A stretch of 64,000 bases of DNA from Candidatus Iainarchaeum sp. (GTDB taxonomy: Archaea; Iainarchaeota; Iainarchaeia; Iainarchaeales; UBA10191): positions 32,001-96,000 of the forward strand of contig JAUSFL010000008.1 in NCBI GenBank assembly GCA_030649735.1. The letters are read 5' to 3'. Position numbers and translations under genes: made by a program. This document shows positions 19,166 to 28,898 of this stretch, piece by piece; the stretch's first letter is position 1, and the number at the start of each line of letters is the position of its first letter. Under the pieces are notes generated by a model that saw only the letters and a program-made list of their open reading frames with translations, had not been told where the DNA came from and searched no databases.

Positions 19166-19888
19166 TTATTTCTTTAATCTTCCTGTTCTTTTGCTTGCAA
19201 TTGCCCCGACTTTTCTTCCAGGAGGAGCATGCCTTGAAGTAGACTTTGACTTTCCTGCGTGATGCTGGCCTCCGCCGAATGGATGGCTTAAAGGATTCAT
19301 TGCGACTCCTCTCACGCTTGGGTACTTGTGGTGCTTTGCGCGCATTTTGTGGAATGCAGCCCCTGCCTTTACCAATGGCTTTTCGCCTCTTCCGCTTCCT
19401 GCTCCGCACCCGATTGTTGCCCTGCAGCCTGGATTTAATTGCACTGTTTGGCCTGAAGGCAGTTTTACAAAAACTGTCTTGCTGTCTTTTGTCATTACCA
19501 GCCCGTACAGTCCGGAGCTTTTTATCAAGACTCCGCCATCGCCTGGTGTTTTTTCAACGCAAAATACTGGGGCTCCTTCAACAATTTCTCTTAATGGAAG
19601 CACGTTTCCGACACTCAATGCGGCTTTTTTTCCAAGCTCTATGTTTTGCCCCACGCTTAATCCTTCAGCAGCCAGCATTACGACTTCTTTGCCGTTTTCG
19701 AAATTTACTTTTGCCAATACTCCGCTGTGCAATTGGTCAATGAATAATTCTGAAACTCTTCCCCTGATTAATTCAGCGTCTTTAACGTCGTTTAATGTCA
19801 AGTATCCACTCTTGGCTTTGGCGTTCATTGACGCCTTGTAGGTTGGAGAACCTTTTCCTGCCCTTTGAGTCCTTGTTCTTTGCGCCAT
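19166..19888 (-). CDS. rpl2: 50S ribosomal protein uL2
   Basis: VRGVAMNPLSHPFGGG, PPGRKVG. Confidence 0.97.
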   Translation of the reverse strand: MAQRTRTQRAGKGSPTYKASMNAKAKSGYLTLNDVKDAELIRGRVSELFIDQLHSGVLAKVNFENGKEVVMLAAEGLSVGQNIELGKKAALSVGNVLPLREIVEGAPVFCVEKTPGDGGVLIKSSGLYGLVMTKDSKTVFVKLPSGQTVQLNPGCRATIGCGAGSGRGEKPLVKAGAAFHKMRAKHHKYPSVRGVAMNPLSHPFGGGQHHAGKSKSTSRHAPPGRKVGAIASKRTGRLKK

Positions 19889-19894
19889 AAAATA

Positions 19895-20386
19895 TTACAC
19901 TACTCCAAGCTTTGTCGCCAATTCTTGGGCCTTGAATGCCTTTCCTAATTTAACAATTGCCTTTTTCCTGCCTTGATTGTCCCTTAATGTCTGCACGCTT
20001 TCTACTTTTACTGCATAAAGCTTTTCTATTGCAGTCCTGATGTCTATTTTTGATGCTTTTTGGTTTACAATGAATGTGATTTTGTTTTGCGCTTCAATCG
20101 CGCCGACTGCCTTTTCTGAAATTAATGGAAAAATCAATACTTCATTCAATTCCATTCCAGACTCTGTTTTTTCATGGCTTGCTTTTGGGACAAAGATTGC
20201 CTTTTCTTTCTTGGTCTCTTTTTTCTCGGCTGCTGCCTTTTTTGAACTTACTGCCTCTTCGCTCCAAATGTCTTCCTTTTCCGCCTTTGCAGCGTCTTTC
20301 TTCAATTTTGCAGCCTTTGGCTGGTTTGAAGCCTTGCTTTTCAAGTCTGCTTTTGCGCCTTTTGAAGTGTAGTCTTTTTCAGTCAT
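19895..20386 (-). CDS. rpl23: 50S ribosomal protein uL23 with ~75-aa K/A/E-rich N-terminal extension
   Basis: PLISEKA, NKITFIV, KKAIVKL in the C-terminal half. Confidence 0.94.
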   Translation of the reverse strand: MTEKDYTSKGAKADLKSKASNQPKAAKLKKDAAKAEKEDIWSEEAVSSKKAAAEKKETKKEKAIFVPKASHEKTESGMELNEVLIFPLISEKAVGAIEAQNKITFIVNQKASKIDIRTAIEKLYAVKVESVQTLRDNQGRKKAIVKLGKAFKAQELATKLGVV

Positions 20387-21189
20387 TGCAATTCCTTCAA
20401 TGCTTTTTCAGTAATAATCGTCAATCTTCCCGCATTGGTTCCTGGAGCCAATTGCTCAGCGTTCAATAATTTTGCTGCAACAACGTCAACGCCTTCAAAA
20501 TTCCTTGCCGCTTTTTCGACAGTTGTTTTTGATTTTGAAACAATAATAAGCAGGCTTTTTCTTTTTTTGTACCTTCTTCCCCTTGACTTTCCTTTTCCTG
20601 CCCTTATTTGCTTTTTTGACTTTGCTTTTTCAATGTCTTGCATTACTCCAAGGCTTTCCAATACTTTTGCGACTTCTTTTGACTTTAGCAATTCTTCAAA
20701 CTTGTCTTCAATGATTATTGGAGTTTCCTTGATGATTGATTCGTCAAAAACATGCCCTCTTTTTTTCACGATTTCCTTGTCAGCGATTGCTGCAAGCGCT
20801 GAATGAGTTGCCTTTTGCTTTTCTTTCTTGTTAATGCTTTCCTGCAATACTCTCATGCTTTTTGGAGGATGCGCTTTAGGGCCTCCAACAACTCCGGCAA
20901 TTCCTGCAACTCTTCCGTAAAGCAAGAATCTCCTGTTTCTCAAGCGTGGCTTTCTTGCCCTTCCAGTATTGATTGTTCTCATTGGAGTCGGGTAATGCCT
21001 TGCTCCAATGTATTCTGCAGTGTTAGTTCTGCCTGCGCGAGGGTTTGCCCCATAGCTTTTCCGCTTTGCAGAGCGGATTGCCAATACTGCTCTTTTGATT
21101 AGATTAAAGTCAACTTCTTCATTGAATGCTTCAGGCAATTCAACGTGCTTTAATGCCTTGCCTTCTAGTGAAAAAACGCTTGCTTTCAT
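20383..21189 (-). CDS. rpl4: 50S ribosomal protein uL4
   Basis: AHPPK, IRAGKGKSRGR, LAPG..AGRLT. Confidence 0.96.
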   Translation of the reverse strand: MKASVFSLEGKALKHVELPEAFNEEVDFNLIKRAVLAIRSAKRKSYGANPRAGRTNTAEYIGARHYPTPMRTINTGRARKPRLRNRRFLLYGRVAGIAGVVGGPKAHPPKSMRVLQESINKKEKQKATHSALAAIADKEIVKKRGHVFDESIIKETPIIIEDKFEELLKSKEVAKVLESLGVMQDIEKAKSKKQIRAGKGKSRGRRYKKRKSLLIIVSKSKTTVEKAARNFEGVDVVAAKLLNAEQLAPGTNAGRLTIITEKALKELQ

Positions 21190-22196
21190 AATGCCACACC
21201 TGTGCTTGGCTGTGTGCTGAAGCTTTCAATAGGTCCAATCTTCCACTTGCTTTCCAGAGTCTTTCTTGCAGGCTCCCTTAATGCAATAAGCCTTTTCACA
21301 ATGCCTGGAGTGCTTCCGGCAATCAAAATGAAATCATTCCTCAAGTCTCCGTAATCCTCAAATCCTGCTGAAGGATTGATTTTCTTGAAATCGCTTGAAA
21401 TTAGCAAAACTTTCTTGTTGAATTCCACGCGCGCGTGGTATCCGTGCTGTCCTGCCCTTGCGACAGTGAACATGATGGAGCTTGGATTCCAAGGCCCGTA
21501 AGTTCCAGGCTTTCTGTGGTATTTTCCTTTTCTTCCAAAAACCTTGACTCCAAATCTTTTTACTGGGCCTGTAGTCCCAAATCCTTTAGTGACTGCCTTG
21601 ACATCAACAAACTGGCTGTCCTTGAAAACATCCTGTGCTTTCAATTCTTGCCCTAGCTTTGATTTTGCAAAATTGAATTGCTCTTCTGGAGTCCCGCTTA
21701 ACGCAATTTCTGAAATTGCAGGCTTTTTCTTGCCCATTGTGGTCATTGCAGGATTAGTATGAACTAATAAGTGAACTTCTGAAATTTCTGATTTTCTAGC
21801 TTCCAAGTCCTCGATTTTGTGCTCTTTTTTCTTTTTTGCAAAGCTTTGCTGCCTTCTTGCCAAGTTCTTGTCAAGCTTTGCAGTCAAGACTTCGCCCAAA
21901 ACATGGCTTCCGTAAGAGTCTTTAGTGTAGGCCCTTACTCCAAAAACCTTTAATGGAGGGCATTCGAGCACAGTGCAGGGAATTTGCATTGTCATTCCTT
22001 TCTTGTGGGATTTTGCATGGTCGTTTTTTGCCATTACGTGAACCATGCCTGCCTTGTAGCCGAAAAAATTCAATGGCTTAACGCCTTCAATTTTTGAGAC
22101 AGTCTTAAAGCTAGTGAAGACTGGAGTTTCCTTTAGAGCGCGCTTTCTTGGATAGAAAGCCATGCTTCCTTCTCTTGGCTTGTGCTTTTTTCCCAT
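21186..22196 (-). CDS. rpl3: 50S ribosomal protein uL3
   Basis: PREGSMAFYPRKR, GYKAGM, VTKG, RAGQHGYH. Confidence 0.97.
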   Translation of the reverse strand: MGKKHKPREGSMAFYPRKRALKETPVFTSFKTVSKIEGVKPLNFFGYKAGMVHVMAKNDHAKSHKKGMTMQIPCTVLECPPLKVFGVRAYTKDSYGSHVLGEVLTAKLDKNLARRQQSFAKKKKEHKIEDLEARKSEISEVHLLVHTNPAMTTMGKKKPAISEIALSGTPEEQFNFAKSKLGQELKAQDVFKDSQFVDVKAVTKGFGTTGPVKRFGVKVFGRKGKYHRKPGTYGPWNPSSIMFTVARAGQHGYHARVEFNKKVLLISSDFKKINPSAGFEDYGDLRNDFILIAGSTPGIVKRLIALREPARKTLESKWKIGPIESFSTQPSTGVAL

Positions 22197-22236
22197 TAAA
22201 TTTCACGTGGTTGGTGTTAAAGCTGTTTTTAGAGCA

Positions 22237-22396
22237 TCGGCATTAGGGTGCCGAAACAAAAAAATGCTTTTTGGTGGCTAAATTTTTACTGAAAAAGGAC
22301 CAGCGTTAAAACACTGGGCTTTTTGCATTTCCAGATGAAAAAACTCTCCTGGAAGTGTGCTTTATTACCTTAATATTTCAGGAAAAAGTATTTAAA
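22237..22396 (-). promoter_or_regulatory. Superoperon promoter (TTTAAATA ~22389-22396) and structured 5' leader
   Basis: TATA ~190 nt upstream of the uL3 ATG; three stem-loops between them. Confidence 0.5.
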
Positions 22397-22469
22397 GGGA
22401 AAGGTCGCTTTGCCTTTCCAGAACTCCTTAAAAACTACTTGGCATTTCCGCTCTTATTCTCAATTATTT

Positions 22470-23930
22470 TCATGGCCCCTCGCGGCCTGTGCTAATGCAG
22501 ATCGCATTGCACGCTCCTGGATTTTGGCAAGAATCTATTGTTGAAGGATTATTGTCATTGCACTCTGAGCTTGAAAAACAGTAAGGAGTTGTGCAGTTTC
22601 CATTGCAGACTACTTGAGTTGGTTGGCAATTTCTTCCAATATTTATTTCGGCAGAGTAAATATTCTGTATTTCGCTTAGCGAGAGCTGCCGCCCGTAAAT
22701 TTTTAAGTTATCTATTCTTCCATTAAATGTTCCGCTGAATGGAATGCTTCCTGACTGGTATGCCCCGTAAGTTGTTCCAATAAGCAAGTCTCTAGTTGCA
22801 GTTACGTCAATTTTTGGAGTGTTCTCATCGTAATCAGTCCAACTATTTGGGTAGGTTACAGTGTAATTCCTCAAGCCGCCGTCAATTATTGTAATGATTT
22901 TTATTGAATCAGCAGCTCTTTCGACAGTATAAGCCAAGTGGTGCCAGTTTCCGTCCATCCAACTGCCGCCTAAGTTTCCGAGCCAAGCACTGAATGCCTG
23001 GTTTGGCGGAGGGCTTATTGGCGAAGTGTGCCTTATGTCTCCGTCAGTAACATAAAACCTGTCCCTGTAAATTCCGAAGCCCGGGCCCACATCATAATAT
23101 GCATTTGCAAGCACTGCCTGCTGTAAAGTGTCGCCAGTGTTCAATGCCTTTGCCCAAAGCATTACTGTAAAGTTTGTGTTTTTTCCAAAGTTCAGGCTTT
23201 CGTTTCCTTGGATTTTTGGAATTTTGACATAGCTATTTGCTCGCCTGTCAATCACAAGCACTTTTCCCCTGACTGGATCGTTTTCTATGGCTGCGCTTCC
23301 AACAATTATTCCGTTGTTTCCAAGCCCTGACTTGTCCAGCACGTCAGTTTCAAAAGGCAAGAATAGTCTCAAATCGCTTGTGCATTTTGAAGTGTCAAAT
23401 GACTTGCAGTCTGTGCTGCATCCTAAAGTCCCGCTAATAAATCCTTGGGTCTGGCAAGTCTGTCCGCTAAGATCATTGCTGTCACAGACTTCGATGCCTT
23501 GCTTTATTCCATCGCCGCATTTGAAATTGTAGCATTCTGAAGTGTCAAACTGGCAGTCTTTGCAATATAGACCTCCGCCATCAAATCCCAGGTCTTTGCA
23601 AAGCTTTCCGCCAAGATTTGTACTGTCGCATTGCTCATTTTCGTCAATTATTTCATTGCCGCAAACTGCTTGAGTACTGCATGCTCCCAGGCAGCATCTT
23701 GAAGTGTCGCTTGCTGAAGTCCAGTCTTGCGAGCAGTTTTCTTTTTCATTGCATGTAATTCCATTTTGCTCTTGGCAGGTTTTCAGTGTTTGCTGGCAGT
23801 CTTGAGAGCAAGTGTATTGGTCTTCTCCTTGTTCGCAAACTCTGTTTCCGCAATATGCTGGCGGGTTAACGCATCCTGAAATCAAAATTAAGACGCTAGC
23901 AAACAATAACACAAATAATGCTTTTTTCAA
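22470..23930 (-). CDS. Surface lipoprotein: Cys-rich repeats + LamG/ConA-like domain
   Basis: TTG start after GGTGG; ILISGC lipobox; CGNxxCE and CDxxxLGGxxC repeats; WHHLAYT and FNGRIDNLKIY..LS LamG motifs. Confidence 0.8.
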   Translation of the reverse strand: MKKALFVLLFASVLILISGCVNPPAYCGNRVCEQGEDQYTCSQDCQQTLKTCQEQNGITCNEKENCSQDWTSASDTSRCCLGACSTQAVCGNEIIDENEQCDSTNLGGKLCKDLGFDGGGLYCKDCQFDTSECYNFKCGDGIKQGIEVCDSNDLSGQTCQTQGFISGTLGCSTDCKSFDTSKCTSDLRLFLPFETDVLDKSGLGNNGIIVGSAAIENDPVRGKVLVIDRRANSYVKIPKIQGNESLNFGKNTNFTVMLWAKALNTGDTLQQAVLANAYYDVGPGFGIYRDRFYVTDGDIRHTSPISPPPNQAFSAWLGNLGGSWMDGNWHHLAYTVERAADSIKIITIIDGGLRNYTVTYPNSWTDYDENTPKIDVTATRDLLIGTTYGAYQSGSIPFSGTFNGRIDNLKIYGRQLSLSEIQNIYSAEINIGRNCQPTQVVCNGNCTTPYCFSSSECNDNNPSTIDSCQNPGACNAICISTGREGP

Positions 23931-23993
23931 AACCCACCAACTCCTTTTTAGGAAAATTAAATATTTAAAGCTGAAATGCACAGCAGAAGCAAT

Positions 23994-26432
23994 TTATTTT
24001 GCTTCCACTGTCTCGCTAACCTTAAACCTATACCCAGGCAGCATGAAATATGCAGTTCCATCAGCAACCCTGGCAATTGCTCCAGTGTCATCGTATGCTT
24101 TTGCATAGTATGAGTCTGGAGTGTCGCTCCTTAGGTTCAATGCCTGGATGTTTGTTTCGGCAATTCTTTGGACTTGGTAGTTATATCCTGACAAATTTGC
24201 GTTAGGCAATGTTATCAAGCTGCCATCACCGTATTTTGTTGAAATATGCGTTTTCCATTCAATATTTCCATTGGCTTGTCCATTGCCTTGCGCTCCAGAA
24301 TCTATGTAAAATTCTGCAACATAAAAAGTGTTGTCTGCTGCATCTCCACCAAATGCTGCATCATCTGGCCTGTAGTATTTTGTTTCTGGCATTGCATCTT
24401 CTCCAGCATCAGTTCCGTCAAACACTATTTTTTTGTTGAGCTGTGTTATAAATTCTTGGTTTGCCATTACTAGCCATAGTTTGCTGTCCCCTTCTCTGAC
24501 TTGCAAGGCATACTTGAAGGTTTGCGAGTTTGCGCCTTCTAATTTGAAAGCCTCTCCTCTTGGATCCCAAACTTGTCCATCAGTGTAGTAGACATATCCA
24601 TAACCTGGCGAGGTTGTGTTAAAGTCTCCAATGTACGCCAATGAATCTGCGCTTCTGGTTGTTGAGTTCTTCAAGAATTGGATTTTTCCGCTTGTTGAAA
24701 GCCAGACAAAATTTGGCCCTCGTCCAGTTATGTTGTAAGTCACTCCGTCAACACTAAGACCGCTTGGGTTTCCCAATTGCCTTATGCCTGCCACTATTAT
24801 TGAATTGCTGTCTATAATCCATTGTCTTCCGTTAATGATGTTTCCGCTGTTGACTTTAAAGTTAGTATCTGTTTTGTCGACTTGGTAGTTGATTGTTTTG
24901 CCGTCGAAAGTGAATGCCTGCCACTGGTCGTCTGAGGCATCGCCCTTGTAAACCATTGGGATTGAATGCGATACTCCGTCAAGGTCGGCATATCCTATTT
25001 GCTCTCTTCCGATTTTAATTTCTGTGACTTGCTGGGCTGGCCCAAATCCATTGAAGGTTATGCTGTATTTTCCGCCAGTAAATTGTGCTGTTTGGCTGCC
25101 ATCCAATGCTTTTGCGTCAGTCCATCTTTGGTTGGAATTGCTGATTTCAATTCCAGTCAAGGCATCGTTGGCTATAATTAATTTTGCTTTCCAATCGTAA
25201 ATTCCAGTAGTGTTGTTTGGGTCGTAAGGGAATCCTTTATTGTTGAAAATTGTCATTACTGGTTGGCTCAAGTCTGATTCTTTTCCTAAAACAAGCTGTT
25301 CATTTCCGGCCGAATCCAGTTTGAGCGATATGACTGAGTATAATTTTCCAAGTAATGGAATGTTTCGGTTAGTTCCTGGAGTTATTGCATTGAAAGCAAC
25401 AACATACTTGAATGCTCCAGCATCAATGTCCAATGCCATTCTTTCAACGTCTGATGCTGTATTGAATCTTGGGTTTGCCGCAAGAACAAGTTTTTCTCCA
25501 TCAAGCAAACTAGTCAATTCTGTTTTGGTTAAAGTTTTATTGAATCCTGCTTCTAAAGGAGTTGTTGCAGAAATCAAATTGTCGCTTAAAGTGACTTTAG
25601 AGCTTGTTTGAACGCAGTCTTGCGGGCAGTTTGAAGTGTCTTCTGTTGCTTCGCAAACGCTGTTTCCGCAAATTACTTCCCTAATGTATTCTTTTCCGTC
25701 CTTGGAATAGCTTTCAAAAACGCTTGATCCTCCAATGCTTCCATCTCCTGAAAGATAGCTTAATTTCAGCACGCAGGCTCCTGAATTGTAAACATTCCTT
25801 TGGAAGTAATACCTGCAGTTTGTTCCTTGATTATAGTCAATGCCTTCAGAGCACACCGGCTCGCCGTAAGTTGCCAGGTGGATGTTAAAGCAATTGTCAA
25901 AGCCCGAAGCTAGTTGGGCACTGTTTAATTGTCCTTTTCCATCCTTGAAGTTTGCCCAAACCCTGTGGCTGTCTCCGCCAGCTCCAATGTCAAATGACGG
26001 CGCTGAATATTGCTGGGTTTGGATTTTTTCCAATACTACTATAAAATTCTGATTTTCTTTAAGAACTATTTCAATTTCTTTTTTTGGGTAATATCCATCC
26101 AGGCTTACATTGGCCAAGTAAGTGTCTGGCTCAAGCACGAATGTCGCGCTTCCTTCAGAGTCTGTGCTTCTTTGATCTGTTGGCCCATAGTTAACTCCGT
26201 CAACTTCAATCATTGCGCCCGCAAGCGGATTTCCGTCAACATCTTTTGCCATGAATTTTAATTCAAAAGTCTGCTGTGTGCAATCTTGTGCGCAGTATGT
26301 TGGAAGGCTTGAATTGTCTTCAAGGCCTTGCTCGCAAATATTGTCTCCACAGACTGGATTGGGCGGGTTTACGCATCCAGAAATCAATATTATTCCGACA
26401 GCAAACAGTAATGCAAATAGAACTTTTTTCAA
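23994..26432 (-). CDS. Large surface lipoprotein (carboxypeptidase-regulatory-like domain, S-layer-like C-terminal region)
   Basis: IILISGC lipobox; DVDGNPLAGA...TDSEG beta-sandwich; two CGxxxCE...CxQDC modules; long beta-rich D/N/G/T region. Confidence 0.7.
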   Translation of the reverse strand: MKKVLFALLFAVGIILISGCVNPPNPVCGDNICEQGLEDNSSLPTYCAQDCTQQTFELKFMAKDVDGNPLAGAMIEVDGVNYGPTDQRSTDSEGSATFVLEPDTYLANVSLDGYYPKKEIEIVLKENQNFIVVLEKIQTQQYSAPSFDIGAGGDSHRVWANFKDGKGQLNSAQLASGFDNCFNIHLATYGEPVCSEGIDYNQGTNCRYYFQRNVYNSGACVLKLSYLSGDGSIGGSSVFESYSKDGKEYIREVICGNSVCEATEDTSNCPQDCVQTSSKVTLSDNLISATTPLEAGFNKTLTKTELTSLLDGEKLVLAANPRFNTASDVERMALDIDAGAFKYVVAFNAITPGTNRNIPLLGKLYSVISLKLDSAGNEQLVLGKESDLSQPVMTIFNNKGFPYDPNNTTGIYDWKAKLIIANDALTGIEISNSNQRWTDAKALDGSQTAQFTGGKYSITFNGFGPAQQVTEIKIGREQIGYADLDGVSHSIPMVYKGDASDDQWQAFTFDGKTINYQVDKTDTNFKVNSGNIINGRQWIIDSNSIIVAGIRQLGNPSGLSVDGVTYNITGRGPNFVWLSTSGKIQFLKNSTTRSADSLAYIGDFNTTSPGYGYVYYTDGQVWDPRGEAFKLEGANSQTFKYALQVREGDSKLWLVMANQEFITQLNKKIVFDGTDAGEDAMPETKYYRPDDAAFGGDAADNTFYVAEFYIDSGAQGNGQANGNIEWKTHISTKYGDGSLITLPNANLSGYNYQVQRIAETNIQALNLRSDTPDSYYAKAYDDTGAIARVADGTAYFMLPGYRFKVSETVEAK

Positions 26433-26517
26433 AACCCACCAACTCCTCTATAAAAATAATCCTTGAAACAAGAAGCGGTTAAGGAGTATATTAACTTTTT
26501 GTGCGGCTTTTAAGCGC

Positions 26518-28854
26518 TTAAAGGTTTGCCGGCAAATCAGTTTGCGGTTCCTTGATTGCCGATTTTACTTTAATCAGGATTGCGGCCTGTATCAGGAACA
26601 CAATTACTGCTCCGGGAATTTCGAAAAGCCTTGCCGCAATCAAAGGCGCTATCATGAAAGTTGCCGCAATGAAAATTATAAGCAAGTACTTGAGCTTTGA
26701 CTTTTGGGTCTGCATGAAATGGTTTGTTATTACTGTAGTAAAAACTAGCATTGTTATTGCAGCCAATATCAGGAAGTACAAAAATCCATTCTCTGCTGTC
26801 GCCTGCTTTCCTGCAATGCTTTCAATTTTTTTGGATTCTATTGGCAGTCCGGGAATCACGTTGATTATTGGCTTTCTTACTGTGAATTCTCCGCTGATTT
26901 TTTGGCCTTCAAATGATATTTGGAAGAAAGTCTTGCCGTACTTGTCTACCTTGAACACAAATTCTCCATTTGAGTTTGGCTGCAGCACTTGGGTGTTGCC
27001 GTCAGGCGTGGCAAGCAATAATGTCGCGTTTTTTATTGTGTTCTGGTTTTCGTCCTTTACTGAGATTATTTGATAGTCTCCAACATCAACCACTTGGCTA
27101 AAAACTGCCTTTGGAGGCTGTTTTTTCGCTGGAGGCAGTATTACCGGCTTGTTAGTGTCTTTTTTTGGTGGTGGCACTGGTGGAGTAATTCCCCCGCCTG
27201 GTGGATTTCCGCCTCCCCCTCCTCCGCCCCCACCGCCGCCTGGAGGTTGTGTTATTGTATTGTTTACGCAGGTTGAACTGCAAGTTCCCGGGCTAGTGCA
27301 AGAATCTGATGTGGAAGGATTGCTGTCGTCGCATTCTGCGCCTGAAGAGCAGTAAGGAGTTGTGCAATTGTGGTTGCAGAGTATTTGGTTTCCAGTGCAA
27401 GTAGGGTCTGTTGGGGAATTGACGCACAGCGCATTGCACAATCCTGCATTAGTGCAAATGTCCAATGTTAAAGGATTATTGTCATTACATTGTGAACTCA
27501 AAGTGCATGTTGGGGTAATGCAGCTTCCAGTGCACAGGATTTTTCCCGCAGTGCAAGTAATTAAAGTGTGAGTGCAGGAAGCAGTGCAAGAGCTTGGGTT
27601 ATTGCAAACGTCAATAGTGTTTGCGTTGCTGTCATTGCACGCTGAATTTGAATCGCATGCTGGAACTATGCAGTTTCCGCTGCAAGACAATTGAGGCAGG
27701 ACACAGATTGCCTGGTTTGTTTTGGCAGGCAGGTTCGCGCTTAAATTGCTTTCATTGCCTACATTGTCTAATGCGCTGATTTGGAAGTTGTAGTCTGTGT
27801 TTGGCGTTAAGCCAGTTACCTTGTATGTTATTGCCGGCTTGTTGACTTTTGTCACTAGCGCTCCGTTAGAGTATATCCTGTAAGCGTTCAAGTCTGTTTC
27901 AAAGTTTGCGTTCCATGCTAGAGTGACGCTGTTTGAGTCTTTTGTTGAAACCCTAAAGTTTGCCGGGGTGTTTGGCGCATTATTGTCTGCTGAAATCGGG
28001 TCTGTTTTAATTGTTAGAATGCCGCTTCTTGGGCTTTCGTTTTGAGTATGGTCTAGCGCTGTGATTTGGAAATTATAATCAGTGTTTTGCGTCAAGCCAA
28101 TTGCAGTATAGGTTACTGTTGGCTTGTTGACCTTAATCAAAAAAACATTGTTTTTGTAAATTTTGTAAGAGTTCAGGTCTGTTTCAGGGTTTGCGTTCCA
28201 TGCAAGGCTTATGCTGTTTGTGGTGTTGGCTGTAGAGCGAAAGTTTGTTGGGGTGTTTGGCGCATTGGTGTCTGTTGTTGTCTGGCAGTATGAATTGCAA
28301 GATCTTGGCTGAATGCAAGTTTGGCCTGCACTGCAGTTTGAATCCTGAAAGCACGCTATTGCATGGCCGCAGGTTGAAACTGACCCATTGGTTACTGTAA
28401 ATGCAATTGGCTGGCCTGAATTGTTTGAAAGCTGTGCATTGACAATGCTTATTCCGCTGAAATAGTTGGTGTCTGCATGAAATGTCAGTGTTGCCAGAGT
28501 TCCATTTGCTGTAATCCCCCCAGTAGCCATGCGCACGCAAGTTAATTTTGAAACAAGGCCAGAACCGACTTGCCAAATGCTTGAGTCAGTGCACCAAACG
28601 TCAGTTCCGACAATCCCTATAATATTTGCAAATCTTGCGTTCTGGAATGAAATAACGCTTCCATTGTACTGCACGTCAAATTGGAAGCCGTAAAGATTGC
28701 TGATGCTTTCTGCGGAAATGTTCACGTCAAAGTTGGAATTCAATGACGCAATGCCGTTTGCTGGCTGGACCAAGAGCTTTTGCGCGCTTACAAGCGCGGC
28801 TGGTAGAAGAAAACAAAGCAGAATTGCAGTTAAAAACAATGAAGCCTTTCGCAT
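26518..28854 (-). CDS. Membrane-anchored scaffold: cohesin + 2 FN3 + Cys-rich repeats + Gly/Pro linker + C-terminal TMs
   Basis: Signal peptide; 'FDVNI..SNLYGFQFDVQYN...GTLATLTF' cohesin; two 'APNTP..SLAW..YxIY..GLTxNTDYNFQIxALD..NES' FN3; ~3 TMs. Confidence 0.8.
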   Translation of the reverse strand: MRKASLFLTAILLCFLLPAALVSAQKLLVQPANGIASLNSNFDVNISAESISNLYGFQFDVQYNGSVISFQNARFANIIGIVGTDVWCTDSSIWQVGSGLVSKLTCVRMATGGITANGTLATLTFHADTNYFSGISIVNAQLSNNSGQPIAFTVTNGSVSTCGHAIACFQDSNCSAGQTCIQPRSCNSYCQTTTDTNAPNTPTNFRSTANTTNSISLAWNANPETDLNSYKIYKNNVFLIKVNKPTVTYTAIGLTQNTDYNFQITALDHTQNESPRSGILTIKTDPISADNNAPNTPANFRVSTKDSNSVTLAWNANFETDLNAYRIYSNGALVTKVNKPAITYKVTGLTPNTDYNFQISALDNVGNESNLSANLPAKTNQAICVLPQLSCSGNCIVPACDSNSACNDSNANTIDVCNNPSSCTASCTHTLITCTAGKILCTGSCITPTCTLSSQCNDNNPLTLDICTNAGLCNALCVNSPTDPTCTGNQILCNHNCTTPYCSSGAECDDSNPSTSDSCTSPGTCSSTCVNNTITQPPGGGGGGGGGGGNPPGGGITPPVPPPKKDTNKPVILPPAKKQPPKAVFSQVVDVGDYQIISVKDENQNTIKNATLLLATPDGNTQVLQPNSNGEFVFKVDKYGKTFFQISFEGQKISGEFTVRKPIINVIPGLPIESKKIESIAGKQATAENGFLYFLILAAITMLVFTTVITNHFMQTQKSKLKYLLIIFIAATFMIAPLIAARLFEIPGAVIVFLIQAAILIKVKSAIKEPQTDLPANL

Positions 28855-28898
28855 AATATACCTAATTTAGAAAGCTCTTTGCCTATTTATACTTTTTC

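Noticed and set aside
1010-21762. Many plus-strand ORFs over the ribosomal operon (e.g. 9428-10156, 15207-15977)
   Set aside because: Antisense shadows of conserved genes, Phe/Ser/Leu-rich as expected from Lys/Glu codons
23931-23981. N-terminal extension of the LamG ORF in the track
   Set aside because: Covers the TATA and RBS; the paralogous cassette shows the true start is TTG at 23930
27190-27246. C-rich/GGN tract as a possible repeat element or G-quadruplex
   Set aside because: Explained by the poly-Gly/Pro linker codons
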